Part shown: positions 40,218-50,917 of the stretch, in pieces
Layout: the number at the start of each line of letters is the position of its first letter
Position numbering within the stretch: the stretch's first letter is position 1
Assembly (NCBI GenBank): GCA_963555755.3
Contig: OY820905.2
Span: forward strand, 352,001-416,000
Direction: 5' to 3'
Source: Nitrospirales bacterium
GTDB taxonomy: Bacteria > Nitrospirota > Nitrospiria > Nitrospirales > UBA8639
DNA: 64,000 bases
Position numbers and translations under genes: made by a program
The notes under the pieces: generated by a model
Seen by the model: only the letters and a program-made list of their open reading frames with translations
Databases searched by the model: none
Told to the model about the DNA's origin: nothing

Positions 40218-42991
40218 GTTTCACGGGCCCGTTGGATGTTCGCCGGGCTTCGGGAGTACACCCCGCCTGTCAGGGCAAAATCCGATTGCATGGCCATAGC
40301 CAGCGCATCTTCAAATGATGGGCATCGAAGGACCGCCACGACCGGCCCAAAAATTTCTTCTTGAGCCATCCGGTGATGGGACTGGATTTCTCCCACGATC
40401 ACGGGTCCTTGAAACCATCCTTCACTCTCAATGACCCGGTCCAGCAACACCTTGCCTTCCTGGCGGGCAATGTCCACATATTCCCGTACTTTGTGTAGTG
40501 CCCGTTGATCGATCATCGGCCCCATTTGATTGCTGGGATCTTCGGGGGGGCCGATATGCAGGCTGTTAGCGGCTTGGGTGAGTCTTTCAATGAACTCGTT
40601 GTAAACCGGTTCAAGAACAATGGCTCGTGAGCATGCGGAACACTTTTGCCCCTGATATCCGGTGAAAGAGTACAGTACCCCGTGCACGGCTTCGTCCAAA
40701 TCCGCGGTTTCATCAATAATGATGGCATTCTTTCCACCCATTTCCGCAATGGCATGTGTGACATGATGTTGTCCGGGTTGCATCTTCGATGCCTGGTTGA
40801 TGATTTGAAGTCCGGCCTCTTTTGATCCGGTAAATGCAATGACATGAATCTGAAGATGCGAAACGAGGGCTTTGCCAATCTCCGGCCCGCCGGGAAGGAA
40901 ATGAAGTACGCCATCAGGCAAACCCGCTTCTCGAAAAAGCTGCGATAGATGATAGCCCATCATCGGTGAACGCTCGGATGGTTTGAACAGCACGGCGTTA
41001 CCCGTGACGAGGGCGGAAGATACCAGTCCGGTTGGAATGGCCAAAGAGAAGTTCCAAGGAGAAATCACAACCGCCAATCCGCGAGGCCGCCATTCGAGAT
41101 GATTCAGCTCCCCAGGTTCTTGCCCAAGCCGTTGGGGTCGGCCTAATCGGCGCATCTCCCGCGCATAAAATTCCAGAAAATCGATGGCTTCGGCAATGTC
41201 GCCATCTGCCTCTCGCCATGGTTTGCCCGTTTCAAAAATTTCCCAAGCCGCGAGTTCATGCCGACGTTGCCGCATAAGTTCGGCGACCCGACATAAATAA
41301 TCCGCGCGAGTATCCGCCGACGTTGTCCGCCATTGTTTCCATGCAATCTGAGCCGATTGAATGACTCCCTCGATTTCCGCAGGAGCGTAGCTTGGCATCC
41401 TGACAATAATTTCGTTCGGGCGGCTCGGGTTGGTGGAAACCAGTTCATCCTTGAGTTGTCCTACGGTGGGCGGAACATAAAAATTCACTGTCTTTCCCAG
41501 TTGTCCCTTGACGCTCTCAATTGCTTCCGACATGGCCTGGCGAGCTGCTTCCCGTGAAAAATCGGTGTGCGGTTCATTTTTAAAAGATGGACCCATGTCT
41601 TGTTCATGAATCATGGCGTGTTGTCCAGAGACCTGAGAGGCGTGTGGAGGGGCCAGTAATACGTCAAGTGGTGTCTCATGATCTCGCTGCTTCGAGATAA
41701 AGGATTCATTCGACGTGTTTTCCAGAAGTCGCCGTACGAGGTACGCCATTCCGGGGATCAATTCCCCAACTGGCGTATACACACGAACGCGCCTGCCATA
41801 TTTCACCACGGCATGTTGTAATGCATCGGCCATGCCATACAGAGATTGGTATTCATAGTTGTCGGGAGCGAAGTCATGAGCTTGGGCAATGGCTTCGGCA
41901 TGGGCCAAGCTTCGTAAATTATGCGTGCCAAACGCGGGACGGAACAGAGTGGGGTGGGCGAGTAGTTTGCCACTGATGTATTCAAAGTTGGCATCGGTTT
42001 CTGCTTTGTGCCGCAACACCGGGATTGGCCAGCCACGCTGCTCGTTTTGAATATTCTCCGCATCCCAGTACGCCCCTTTTACTAAACGAATGGTAATAGG
42101 CGTGCCACGTTGTTGCACCCAATCAACCATGCGATCGAGCGTCACATCCGCATCGCGTAAATAGGTTTGGAGCGCAATCCCCGCACCGGCATAGGTGCGA
42201 TAGGCAGGTTCTGAGAAAATCCGCATGAAAATTTCGTAGGTCAAATCTTTCAGCTCATATTGCTCCATATCAAATGTAATCGAGGCCGGTAGCTGTGATG
42301 CAAGGTCCAAAATGGGGCGCAGTCTTGATGCCACGCCTTCGAAACTTCCATCAGGGTCAGCCGAATTGAGCTGGGAGTACAGGGCAGAAATTTTGATTGA
42401 GAGATTGGTTCGGGGGAGCAAGCCGTGATGGTCCTGTTCCAACAACGGTTGTCTCGGCCATCGTTGTGCGTTTTCGTGATACACCCGGAGGGCATCGAGA
42501 CAATGGTCTCGATAGGAATCGGCTTCGGCCTCGCTCACCGTGGCTTCCCCAAGAAGGTCTACGGACGCGCATCGTCCGGAACGCCAGAGTGTACCGAGTA
42601 CCGGCATGGCATTGGTCATGGAATCGCCGGCCATAAACGTATGCGCCATGCGCGTGAATTGCCGTCGAAGGACGAGGGCTCCCACATGCGAACCAATCCA
42701 AGAAGACGGAAGTTTCTGAAGTGACCACTTCAGTGGCTTGGGAAGAATCGGTGTGCCGCCAAAATATTCGGCCAAGAGGCGTGTGAACTGCTCGTCAGTT
42801 TTCAAAGTAGGGAGGACATCGACAAAACGAAAAAGCTGAACCTTGAAATCCTCATCCCGCATCCCCCAGGCCATCAGCAGATCATTCCACCACCGTTGGC
42901 TCAGCATCGTCGCCGTACTGGTCTTCGAGTGATCAGCCAAGGTCCGACCAATATTTCGGATGCAGGGTTCAAGCAGTTCTTCAGAGATCAT
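40028..42991 (-). CDS. putA: Bifunctional proline dehydrogenase/P5C dehydrogenase
   Basis: LFRFVDVLP, DLLGEA, RLVKGAYWD, RRLLEN, ISPWNF, FTGS, EMGGKN, GQKCSAC, EEIFGP. Confidence 0.97.
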   Translation of the reverse strand: MISEELLEPCIRNIGRTLADHSKTSTATMLSQRWWNDLLMAWGMRDEDFKVQLFRFVDVLPTLKTDEQFTRLLAEYFGGTPILPKPLKWSLQKLPSSWIGSHVGALVLRRQFTRMAHTFMAGDSMTNAMPVLGTLWRSGRCASVDLLGEATVSEAEADSYRDHCLDALRVYHENAQRWPRQPLLEQDHHGLLPRTNLSIKISALYSQLNSADPDGSFEGVASRLRPILDLASQLPASITFDMEQYELKDLTYEIFMRIFSEPAYRTYAGAGIALQTYLRDADVTLDRMVDWVQQRGTPITIRLVKGAYWDAENIQNEQRGWPIPVLRHKAETDANFEYISGKLLAHPTLFRPAFGTHNLRSLAHAEAIAQAHDFAPDNYEYQSLYGMADALQHAVVKYGRRVRVYTPVGELIPGMAYLVRRLLENTSNESFISKQRDHETPLDVLLAPPHASQVSGQHAMIHEQDMGPSFKNEPHTDFSREAARQAMSEAIESVKGQLGKTVNFYVPPTVGQLKDELVSTNPSRPNEIIVRMPSYAPAEIEGVIQSAQIAWKQWRTTSADTRADYLCRVAELMRQRRHELAAWEIFETGKPWREADGDIAEAIDFLEFYAREMRRLGRPQRLGQEPGELNHLEWRPRGLAVVISPWNFSLAIPTGLVSSALVTGNAVLFKPSERSPMMGYHLSQLFREAGLPDGVLHFLPGGPEIGKALVSHLQIHVIAFTGSKEAGLQIINQASKMQPGQHHVTHAIAEMGGKNAIIIDETADLDEAVHGVLYSFTGYQGQKCSACSRAIVLEPVYNEFIERLTQAANSLHIGPPEDPSNQMGPMIDQRALHKVREYVDIARQEGKVLLDRVIESEGWFQGPVIVGEIQSHHRMAQEEIFGPVVAVLRCPSFEDALAMAMQSDFALTGGVYSRSPANIQRARETFDVGNFYINRPITGSLVGRQPFGGHRLSGVGTKAGGEGYLQQFMVQRVTSENTMRRGFAPTQ

Positions 42992-43241
42992 ACTAGCCCT
43001 CTTTTCTTTTCATCATATTATACCTTGTCGGTTGGGCAAGGGTAAGAGTACAGGGTTGCAGCCATGTTGGATGGGCATTGCCCACCTTCCCTGTATTGGA
43101 TTCTATCTTCGAGAATTAAAAAGGTGGGCGATACATACCTCACGAGGTTGAAAACGTTACGGTGGGCATGCCCAATCATAACCGCTAGATCCTTGCTTTT
43201 TTGCTTCAGCCTGCATAGCCTAACGCTAAAGGAGGGCGATC

Positions 43242-43463
43242 ATGGAAAACCAAAGTCAGTTCAAAATTGAGCTCGAACAGGAAGAAGATGGGCGATGGAT
43301 TGGGGAAGTTCCCTCGCTTCCTGGTGTTATGGCCTACGGATCAAATCGCGGAGAGGCTCTCGCTGCGGTTCAGGCGTTGGCACTACGTGTGTTGGCTGAC
43401 CGATTGGAACATGGTGAAGCCCCTCCTGATCAACTGATGAATGTGTCCTTTGTCGCGGCATGA
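43242..43463 (+). CDS. hicB: HicB-family antitoxin (short)
   Basis: EEDGRWIGEVPSLPGVMAYG. Confidence 0.88.
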   Translation: MENQSQFKIELEQEEDGRWIGEVPSLPGVMAYGSNRGEALAAVQALALRVLADRLEHGEAPPDQLMNVSFVAA

Positions 43464-43672
43464 GCCGCTGGCCTTCCACGCAAGCGTCTCGTGTTCTCTC
43501 CGCGTTACTCCGCATTGGCTGGTCAATTAAACGAACAACGGGCTCTCACAAGATTTTAGAACGTGAGGGGTGGTCAGATATCGTGTTTGCCTTCCATAGT
43601 CGCGATGAGATAGGGCCGAAAATGCTCACTCGTCTTACGAAGGTGACTGGGCTAAAACCTGAAGACTTGTGA
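43460..43672 (+). CDS. hicA: HicA-family toxin
   Basis: LLRIGW...TGSH...H...IGPKML; ATGA overlap with hicB. Confidence 0.88.
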   Translation: MSRWPSTQASRVLSALLRIGWSIKRTTGSHKILEREGWSDIVFAFHSRDEIGPKMLTRLTKVTGLKPEDL

Positions 43673-43717
43673 TTTGCACGTTTCTCATTTCTTAAAAAAT
43701 GTCTCTGTAGCGTACGA

Positions 43718-44851
43718 TTACTTTTCCTTGCACGCTTTGACCCGCCGGCCGGTGATACTGCCGTTGTGGCCCATGTTATTTACGAAGGTCCCTGATAAGG
43801 CCCGGTCTTTCTCACTGAAAAGCAAACTTTCTTCTTGAATGATCCCACGTGGAAATTCCCACCTGATGTACACCGTATCGCCTTGGACTTGAATTTTGGC
43901 CGGTTTGGGGTCCATCCGGTCGTACTGTGAGGGTGGAGGGTAGATCATGACGGTTGTATAATCGCCATGGTTTTGATGGTTGTGAATGAGCCACTGCCAG
44001 GTTCCGCAAAGCCGTAGTAGGCCCCTTTTGCGTTTTTGATCGGTTTGCCATTGTCGCAACTGATTCCACATAACACGCGTACGGTGCTCCGTTTCCATCT
44101 GTAACGTGACCAGGGCTGCTTGTAAATATGCCTGATGCAGGGGCAGGTAATGTTGATGCAGGTAGCGGGCAGCATAGGATTCCTGATTTCGCACTGATGG
44201 TATAGGAAAGTCGCTCTTCTTTGATGCTTCGATATCCCAATATTCATGAAGGCGTTGGATGACCCCTTGAGCCCCTGCCTTCTCTGCTATGGTGAACCAT
44301 CCCTTATTTTCCCTTGTCCAAATCGAATAGTGCAGATAAAGGTATTGGGCGTAGCGGGCATAGTGGGGCAGTTCGACTATTGCCGGCTGTTGTGTTGCTG
44401 CTAATTCGAGATAGGTGTTGGCCAGCGCGAATACACGGTGGAGTTCAGGCTGTGTTGAGACCTTGGTTAACCAAGTAAGATGATCGTTGGATGTATCGTG
44501 AAGGAAGGACATTCCACGTTTGTGCCCTTGGTGGAGTTGCATTTCCATTTCGGAACTGAAATGCCACGTGGCAACTCCTGCTGCTAAGTTGACCATCTTT
44601 TGAGTGATGGTGGCTGGCAACGGCGGTTTTTTGTGTCGTCGGCCACGAGACTTTTTGTGAGATGTCGCTTGGATAAATGGGCCCATGGTTGCACGAACAA
44701 AGGCTTGGGCGTGTAAGTTGGACGTAACCGCTGTAATTTTTTGGGTAGGAGTGTTTAAAAATTTTTCGAAGTTCGGTTCTTGCGCCAATAGAGGCGTTGG
44801 GCCAAGGCTAACCTCACCTGCTAGAACCATTGTTAAGGCAAGAAGTCCCAT
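43718..44851 (-). CDS. Hypothetical exported protein, start uncertain
   Basis: Long ORF; its longer 5' extension runs through a MITE. Confidence 0.65.
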   Translation of the reverse strand: MGLLALTMVLAGEVSLGPTPLLAQEPNFEKFLNTPTQKITAVTSNLHAQAFVRATMGPFIQATSHKKSRGRRHKKPPLPATITQKMVNLAAGVATWHFSSEMEMQLHQGHKRGMSFLHDTSNDHLTWLTKVSTQPELHRVFALANTYLELAATQQPAIVELPHYARYAQYLYLHYSIWTRENKGWFTIAEKAGAQGVIQRLHEYWDIEASKKSDFPIPSVRNQESYAARYLHQHYLPLHQAYLQAALVTLQMETEHRTRVMWNQLRQWQTDQKRKRGLLRLCGTWQWLIHNHQNHGDYTTVMIYPPPSQYDRMDPKPAKIQVQGDTVYIRWEFPRGIIQEESLLFSEKDRALSGTFVNNMGHNGSITGRRVKACKEK

Positions 44852-44982
44852 CCAGTGGAAGGTTGGTCGTGGTGTTGGTTCAGTGAAAGACGTAGTGTGT
44901 GACGGTGTTCGAGGAAAAAGGCAGAGTTGCAAAAAAGGGGATAGCCTTAGCTGAATAAGAGGCACGATCACACGTGGGGTTA

Positions 44983-45133
44983 GGGTTCGCGCAAGAATAC
45001 CTTCCCCTGGCTGGGTGCTGAAACACCTGTCTGGCAGGGCGCGAGGACGACTCCTCGTATGGAAAGGACGGGCAACGCCGCTAGACGGGATGGATCGACG
45101 CCCAAACATGGGAAGGTATTCTTGCGCGAACCC
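44983..45133. mobile_element. MITE copy 1
   Basis: TIR GGGTTCGCGCAAGAATA, flanked by TTA on both sides. Confidence 0.85.
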
Positions 45134-45964
45134 TTAGACCTTCAGAAACTTGTCAACGAATGCCAGGGTTTTCTCCCATGCGTGCTTGGCTGCTTCCGCA
45201 TGGTACACCTCTGCTTGTAATTCATTAAAGAAGCTGTGGGTGGTTCCTGGATAAGAGACCAGCTCAAAATTTTTTCCGGCTTCTTCAGCCGCCTGTTTCA
45301 GTCCCTCGATTTCCTCGGATGTCACGGTATGGTCTTTTTCAGCAGCATGATAGAGTAGAGGGGAGTACATATCTTTGATGGGGTCTAACGGGCTGGGAGG
45401 CTTAGCGTAGAAGGCGACGGCTGCTCGCAAACGCTTCCGCCGACAGGCAAATTTAATGGCCAAGGTGCCGCCAATCCCAAAACCAATGATGGCGTGAAAG
45501 TTGCGTTTGGTTTGTTCAAGCATATCATCTTCAGCGATATTGGTGTTGAGCCATTCACAACTGGCATGGATGTCTTGCATGACAGCATCTTGGTCCATAC
45601 GTTCGACTAACGCATCGGCCACCTCGGCATTGGCGGTAATCATGCCCCCCTGCCGCCCATACATGTTGGGGACTAAGACGACATAGCCCTCACAGGCTAA
45701 ACGGGAGGCCACATCCTTAATTTGCCCATTCAGCCCCCAGCGTTCGTGGAGAAGGACAATTGAAGGATATTTGCTCTTTGGCTGTGCAACCGGTCCTAAA
45801 GGCCAAAATTGCAAGCCTTGGACTTGGTGCTCCTTGGGGATCCGTGTTGCGGCATAGGGATCCACCATTTTGTCCTTATGGGTGTCAAAAATCCCCTTAC
45901 TCGAGAAGCGAACCGAACTAAAACCAATTTGGTCAGGGGTAAAGGGTGTCACATGTTCTGACAT
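45134..45964 (-). CDS. Dienelactone hydrolase family protein
   Basis: LHERWGLN, LACEGY, AEKD, YPGTTHSF; nucleophile elbow reads GFGIGG. Confidence 0.85.
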   Translation of the reverse strand: MSEHVTPFTPDQIGFSSVRFSSKGIFDTHKDKMVDPYAATRIPKEHQVQGLQFWPLGPVAQPKSKYPSIVLLHERWGLNGQIKDVASRLACEGYVVLVPNMYGRQGGMITANAEVADALVERMDQDAVMQDIHASCEWLNTNIAEDDMLEQTKRNFHAIIGFGIGGTLAIKFACRRKRLRAAVAFYAKPPSPLDPIKDMYSPLLYHAAEKDHTVTSEEIEGLKQAAEEAGKNFELVSYPGTTHSFFNELQAEVYHAEAAKHAWEKTLAFVDKFLKV

Positions 45965-46182
45965 GAGGTTTTTTTACTTTCGTTATGAATTGGTCGCTAA
46001 AGAGATAAGCTGTTGAGACCGAAAAGTACTATATCGACCGTGTCAAAGTCTTGTCAACGAAGCCCCGATGTCATCAAATTTGGGAAACGACATAATCAAC
46101 ATAATCAACAGGACCCGAAACATGAAGCCACCTATGGCTCAGCTCTCAGCCTAGGAATGGTAAATGTTCACTCAAAGTAAGG

Positions 46183-48486
46183 ATGGCCCCAATGCGTAAT
46201 TCAGGGTTGAAAACGACGATGTCCGTGATAGTGACCTTCGCTGTGTTGATGACTGGTTGGGGTTGTTCGCAAATGTCAGCGGAGGAGAAAAAAGCCGAGC
46301 ATGAAAAGCGGGGGCAAGCCTATTTTGCTGAGGAAAAGTATCGGGAAGCGATGATCGAATACAAAAATGTCGTGCAAATCGATCCGAAGGATGCAGAGGC
46401 TCATTATCAATTGGCGCTCATTCATATGAAAATCGGCGGCATGACCGATTTACAGCAAGCATTTGGAGAATTGGCGAAGACCGTGGATTTGGATCCGTCG
46501 ATCCAAGAGGCGCAATTAAAATTGGGCGAATTTTACTTGCTGGCTCGACAACCAAAAAAGGCACGCAAGCATGCGGACCTTGTTCTGGCATCGGCGCCTC
46601 AAGATCCCAAAGGGCATTTGTTGCGGGGACGCAGTCTCATCATCGACAAAGAATTTGACCAGGGTGTTGAAGAATTTCAACAGGCGATTCAACTCGATCC
46701 GGAAAACGTCAATACCTATATCGATTTAGCTAAAGCCTATATTGGCATGAAACAGCCGGATGAAGCGTTTGCGGCTCTCAAGCAAGGTTTAGCCAAAAAA
46801 CCCAATTCCACGCCACTGGTTTTGGCCTTGGGGGATATCTATCTCGTGACAGGGAAAGCTGAAGAAGCTGAGACGCAATATCGAAGAGCCTTAGAGCTTG
46901 ATCCGGAGAGTGAAGCCTTATTCATTAAACTCTCGCGGTTTTATCAATTAATGCGAAAATGGGAAAAAGCAGAAGAGACCTTACAGCAATTGGTCGAGAA
47001 GAACCCCAAAAGCGAGGTCGCCCACGTTAAACTGGGGGATTTCTATGTGTACATTGGACAGCGGGATAAAGCCATCGTCAATTTTGAAAAGGCCTTTGAT
47101 CTAAACCCGGATTTCGAAATCGCTCAAGAGAAAATCATCAGCTACTATCTTGATGGTGGAAAGCTTGAGAAGGCGGAACCCCTTATCCAGAACATTCTCG
47201 ATAAGGATAAGACAAACCTATTGGGCCGAGTGATGCACGCTCGTGTACACGTCATGAAGGGGAAGATGGACGAAGCAATTTCGGATTTACAGCGAGTGAT
47301 TAAAGAAGAGCCCAGGTTGGCCATCGCTCATCACTACCTGGGTATCGCGTTCGCCGCCAACAACGATGGGGCGCAAGCGGTTCGTGAACTCAGCGAAGCG
47401 GTGAAACTTGCCCCCAATATGATTCCTGCTCGGAATGCCTTGGCAGGTATGCGCTTGGCCGAGGGGTCGTATGACTTAGCCATTGAAGAGGCCCAAGCCG
47501 CGTATCGACTCAATCCCCGAAATCTCCCTTCGGTACGCGTGCTCGCCGAGGCGTTCTTTCGAAAGGGTGAGATTGCGAAGGCTAAACGGGTGTATCAAGG
47601 CATTGTGAATAACCTTCCCCAAGATGCCTCAAGTCATTATCGTTTAGGGTTAATTGCCGGAAGGGACAAAGATTTAAATGGGGCAGTTGAGCATTTCGAA
47701 AAAGCTGTCGAAAGCAATCCGAATTTTGTCCAGGCTGTCTCGCAAATCGCGGCGGTATACCTCACACAGGGAAAAGCCAAAGAGGCTCGGGAACGAGTCA
47801 GTCAACAAATCCAAGCAGTTCCTGACAATCCATTATTCCACAACCTCCTGGGGGGATTATGGATGCAGGCAAAGCAAATGGATGAGGCAGAGACGGCCTT
47901 TCGGAAAGCCATTAGCATTGATGACACTGTCCAAATTTCATATATGAACTTGGCCGAATTGTACCGACGAACCGACCGTATCGATGATGCCGTCAAGGAA
48001 TATGAAACGGCGTTGGCAAAAAATCCGAAACTCATTTCCGCCCATATGATGTTAGGGATGATTGCCGAACAACGTGATGATCATTCAGGGGCCAAGCAGC
48101 ATTATCAAGAAACTCTCAAGCTTAACGACTCCTTTGCTCCGGCCGCGAATAATCTTGCCTGGATTTTGGCGGAAGAAGGCGAGAAGTTAGACGAAGCCTT
48201 GTCGTATGCCCAAACCGCCCGTGCGCAGCGCCCGAATGATCCGAATATCGCAGACACCTTAGGATGGATTTATTACAAGAAAAATGCCTATTTAAAAGCT
48301 GCATCACTCTTGCGTGAAGCCGTAGATAAATTGCCAGACAATCCGGTGATTTACTATCACTTGGGAATGACGCAATTGAAGAAAGGGGATCCAGTTGAGG
48401 CGAAAAAAGCACTCAACACGGCCCTGAAATTAAGCGACCGGTTCCCAGGGGTGGAGGAAGCCAGGAAAGCGTTGGAAGAGTTGTAA
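46183..48486 (+). CDS. TPR-repeat lipoprotein, PrsT-like
   Basis: Lipobox GWGC, many TPRs, NNLAWIL, DTLGWIYY, YYHLG. Confidence 0.85.
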   Translation: MAPMRNSGLKTTMSVIVTFAVLMTGWGCSQMSAEEKKAEHEKRGQAYFAEEKYREAMIEYKNVVQIDPKDAEAHYQLALIHMKIGGMTDLQQAFGELAKTVDLDPSIQEAQLKLGEFYLLARQPKKARKHADLVLASAPQDPKGHLLRGRSLIIDKEFDQGVEEFQQAIQLDPENVNTYIDLAKAYIGMKQPDEAFAALKQGLAKKPNSTPLVLALGDIYLVTGKAEEAETQYRRALELDPESEALFIKLSRFYQLMRKWEKAEETLQQLVEKNPKSEVAHVKLGDFYVYIGQRDKAIVNFEKAFDLNPDFEIAQEKIISYYLDGGKLEKAEPLIQNILDKDKTNLLGRVMHARVHVMKGKMDEAISDLQRVIKEEPRLAIAHHYLGIAFAANNDGAQAVRELSEAVKLAPNMIPARNALAGMRLAEGSYDLAIEEAQAAYRLNPRNLPSVRVLAEAFFRKGEIAKAKRVYQGIVNNLPQDASSHYRLGLIAGRDKDLNGAVEHFEKAVESNPNFVQAVSQIAAVYLTQGKAKEARERVSQQIQAVPDNPLFHNLLGGLWMQAKQMDEAETAFRKAISIDDTVQISYMNLAELYRRTDRIDDAVKEYETALAKNPKLISAHMMLGMIAEQRDDHSGAKQHYQETLKLNDSFAPAANNLAWILAEEGEKLDEALSYAQTARAQRPNDPNIADTLGWIYYKKNAYLKAASLLREAVDKLPDNPVIYYHLGMTQLKKGDPVEAKKALNTALKLSDRFPGVEEARKALEEL

Positions 48487-48513
48487 TACGAAAACAGTAT
48501 TATTAAGATTGAG

Positions 48514-48548
48514 AAGGGCTTCGTGGATGACACGAGGCCCTTTTTTTA
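48514..48548 (+). terminator. Rho-independent terminator
   Basis: AAGGGCTTCGTG-gatga-CACGAGGCCC followed by T7. Confidence 0.8.
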
Positions 48549-48683
48549 TGTGGCAGAAAGTATTGTAACTTTCGCCCCGTATGTCTTAAAACTCCCTCGC
48601 CCCTGAGGGGAGAGGGTAGGGTGAGGGGTTAGCTCATCAGGAAGTGAAAAGGCTATGGAGATACGATCAATGGACCTGGAAGG

Positions 48684-49856
48684 TTAAAACGAAAACTCAA
48701 CTAATTCGGTATTCTTTAACCCTGTGTCGACCATGTCTTGAATGGCCAAACGTTCCTCGGCTTTGTGAATATCCTGGAAGCGGCATCGAGTGTTGGGGTG
48801 GGGAGGAACGAATAAGGTGCAGCAATCCTCGTCGGGTTCGATGGATGTTTCATAGGTGCCGATTTGCTGTGACTCGTTCGTGATTTCAATTTTATCCATT
48901 CCAATAAGCGGGCGCAGGATAGGAAGTCGGGGGATTTCGCTGACCACCTGAAGGTTCTCCGGTGTTTGGGATGCGACCTGCCCCAGGCTATCACCCGTGA
49001 CGAGTCCCCACGCCTGTTCATTGGCTGCGAGTTGATCAGCGATTCGCATCATCATGCGGCGATAGAGGACTATTCGAATGGGTGGGGATGAGTCCAGGAC
49101 GATTTGTCGTTGGATGTCACCAAACGGCACAAGAAATAATCGAGAGTAGAGTTGGTAGCGAGTCAAATGTTTCGTCAGGTCACGGACCTTTTCTTCAGAG
49201 GCCCGTGAAAGATAGGGACGCCCGTGAAAGTGCACAAAGGTCACCTTACACCCGCGTTTCATCATGCGATAGGCTGCAACCGGGGAATCAATACCCCCGG
49301 ATAATAGACACACCACTTTCCCGCTCATCCCGGTTGGAAGGCCACCAGGCCCCGGTTGGCGATTCAGTGTAAAATAGGCGGTATGATCAATGATCTCGAC
49401 GAAAATGTTGAGATCCGGCGCCTTCAAGCGCACCGGTTTTCCCGTGACTTCACACAAATAGGCTCCAACCTCCCGATTCACCTCAACCGAAGTTTTACTA
49501 AACCGCTTATCGCCCCGTTTAGTGGTGACGCGAAAGGTGTGAAAGGATTGTGTGGGCAGGGTGTCCTCAATGGCTTTGCAGAGGGGCATCAAGTCGGGTG
49601 AATCATAGTCAATGGGAAGTGCGTGGGCTTGGGCAAAATTGACTGCGCCGAAGGTATGACGAATCCCTTCCTGGATCGCATCCCACGGCGTATTGTCTTG
49701 ATAGGTGATACGGATTCGTCCAGGAAGCGATTCGACACGAAGGCCTTCGTTGTGACGCAACGTATTACGAAGATGTTGGACGAACCGTTTCTCAAAGAAT
49801 CCGCGGTTTCGGCCTTTCAGCGCCAGCTCATGATAATGTACCAAGGCGTAAGGCAT
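48684..49856 (-). CDS. thiI: tRNA 4-thiouridine synthase
   Basis: HELALKGRNR, THUMP domain, LLSGGIDSPVA, GQVASQT, DCC. Confidence 0.95.
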   Translation of the reverse strand: MPYALVHYHELALKGRNRGFFEKRFVQHLRNTLRHNEGLRVESLPGRIRITYQDNTPWDAIQEGIRHTFGAVNFAQAHALPIDYDSPDLMPLCKAIEDTLPTQSFHTFRVTTKRGDKRFSKTSVEVNREVGAYLCEVTGKPVRLKAPDLNIFVEIIDHTAYFTLNRQPGPGGLPTGMSGKVVCLLSGGIDSPVAAYRMMKRGCKVTFVHFHGRPYLSRASEEKVRDLTKHLTRYQLYSRLFLVPFGDIQRQIVLDSSPPIRIVLYRRMMMRIADQLAANEQAWGLVTGDSLGQVASQTPENLQVVSEIPRLPILRPLIGMDKIEITNESQQIGTYETSIEPDEDCCTLFVPPHPNTRCRFQDIHKAEERLAIQDMVDTGLKNTELVEFSF

Positions 49857-50773
49857 TAGTCGCCGGTCTCCAAAAATCGCTCGGCATCCATGGCGGCCAT
49901 GCACCCGGTGCCAGCGGCAGTAATCGCTTGGCGATAGTGAGAGTCTTGGACATCGCCGGCCGCAAAGACCCCTTGTACATTGGTAGCTGTACCGTGTGAT
50001 GTTAGGATGTAGCCGTTGGCATCCACATCGATCTGTCCACGGAAAATTTGGGTATTCGGCGTATGCCCAATTGCCACAAAGACCCCTTTGCATTCCAGTT
50101 CGTCCGTTTGATTGGTGATGGAATCCCGAAGACGAAGGCCGGTAACCACATCGTCACCCATCACTTCTTCCACAAACGAATTCCACTGAAACGATAGCTT
50201 TTCGTTTTTCATGGCTCTGTCTTGCATAATTTTTGACGCGCGAAGTTTGTCGCGACGATGGATCACCGTCACATGGCTCGCAAACTTGGTGAGAAAGGTC
50301 GCTTCTTCCATGGCACTGTCACCCCCACCGATCACCGTTATGGGCTGACCACGGAAAAAGAAACCATCGCAGGTCGCGCAAGTCGAAACTCCATGACCAA
50401 GGAGTCGACTTTCCGAAGGTAGACCCAAGAGGTTTGCTGAGGCACCGGTGGATATAATAATCGACTTGGCCTGGATTGTCTCTTCGTCATTAATCGTGAG
50501 GGTAAAGGGTCGGCGGCTGAAGTCGATTTTTGTCACATCAGCAGCCTGAAAAGTCGTACCAAACCGTTCTGCCTGGGCCCGCATATCTTGAATCAATTGC
50601 GGTCCCATAATTCCGGTGGGGAAGCCGGGATAATTTTCAACATCAGTAGTGAGTATGAGCTGGCCACCGGCTTGCGCCCCCTCGACCATAAACGGAGAGA
50701 GGTTAGCCCGAGCCGTGTAAATGGCCGCCGTTAGCCCCGCAGGCCCCGATCCAATAATGACAACATTGTGCAT
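49856..50773 (-). CDS. trxB: Thioredoxin reductase
   Basis: GSGPAG, CATCDG, GGGDSA, AAGDV. Confidence 0.97.
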   Translation of the reverse strand: MHNVVIIGSGPAGLTAAIYTARANLSPFMVEGAQAGGQLILTTDVENYPGFPTGIMGPQLIQDMRAQAERFGTTFQAADVTKIDFSRRPFTLTINDEETIQAKSIIISTGASANLLGLPSESRLLGHGVSTCATCDGFFFRGQPITVIGGGDSAMEEATFLTKFASHVTVIHRRDKLRASKIMQDRAMKNEKLSFQWNSFVEEVMGDDVVTGLRLRDSITNQTDELECKGVFVAIGHTPNTQIFRGQIDVDANGYILTSHGTATNVQGVFAAGDVQDSHYRQAITAAGTGCMAAMDAERFLETGD

Positions 50774-50917
50774 GTGAAAATCTTTCGGTTAAAAATAAAG
50801 AGTGTATGGTGTCAAAACGTAGCCTTTATCTTCCAGGCACATTTTGAATGAAACAATACATGATACCGATGTGAACGATTGTATGAAAAGCTGCTCCAGT
50901 CCAGAGAAAAAAGGTTA

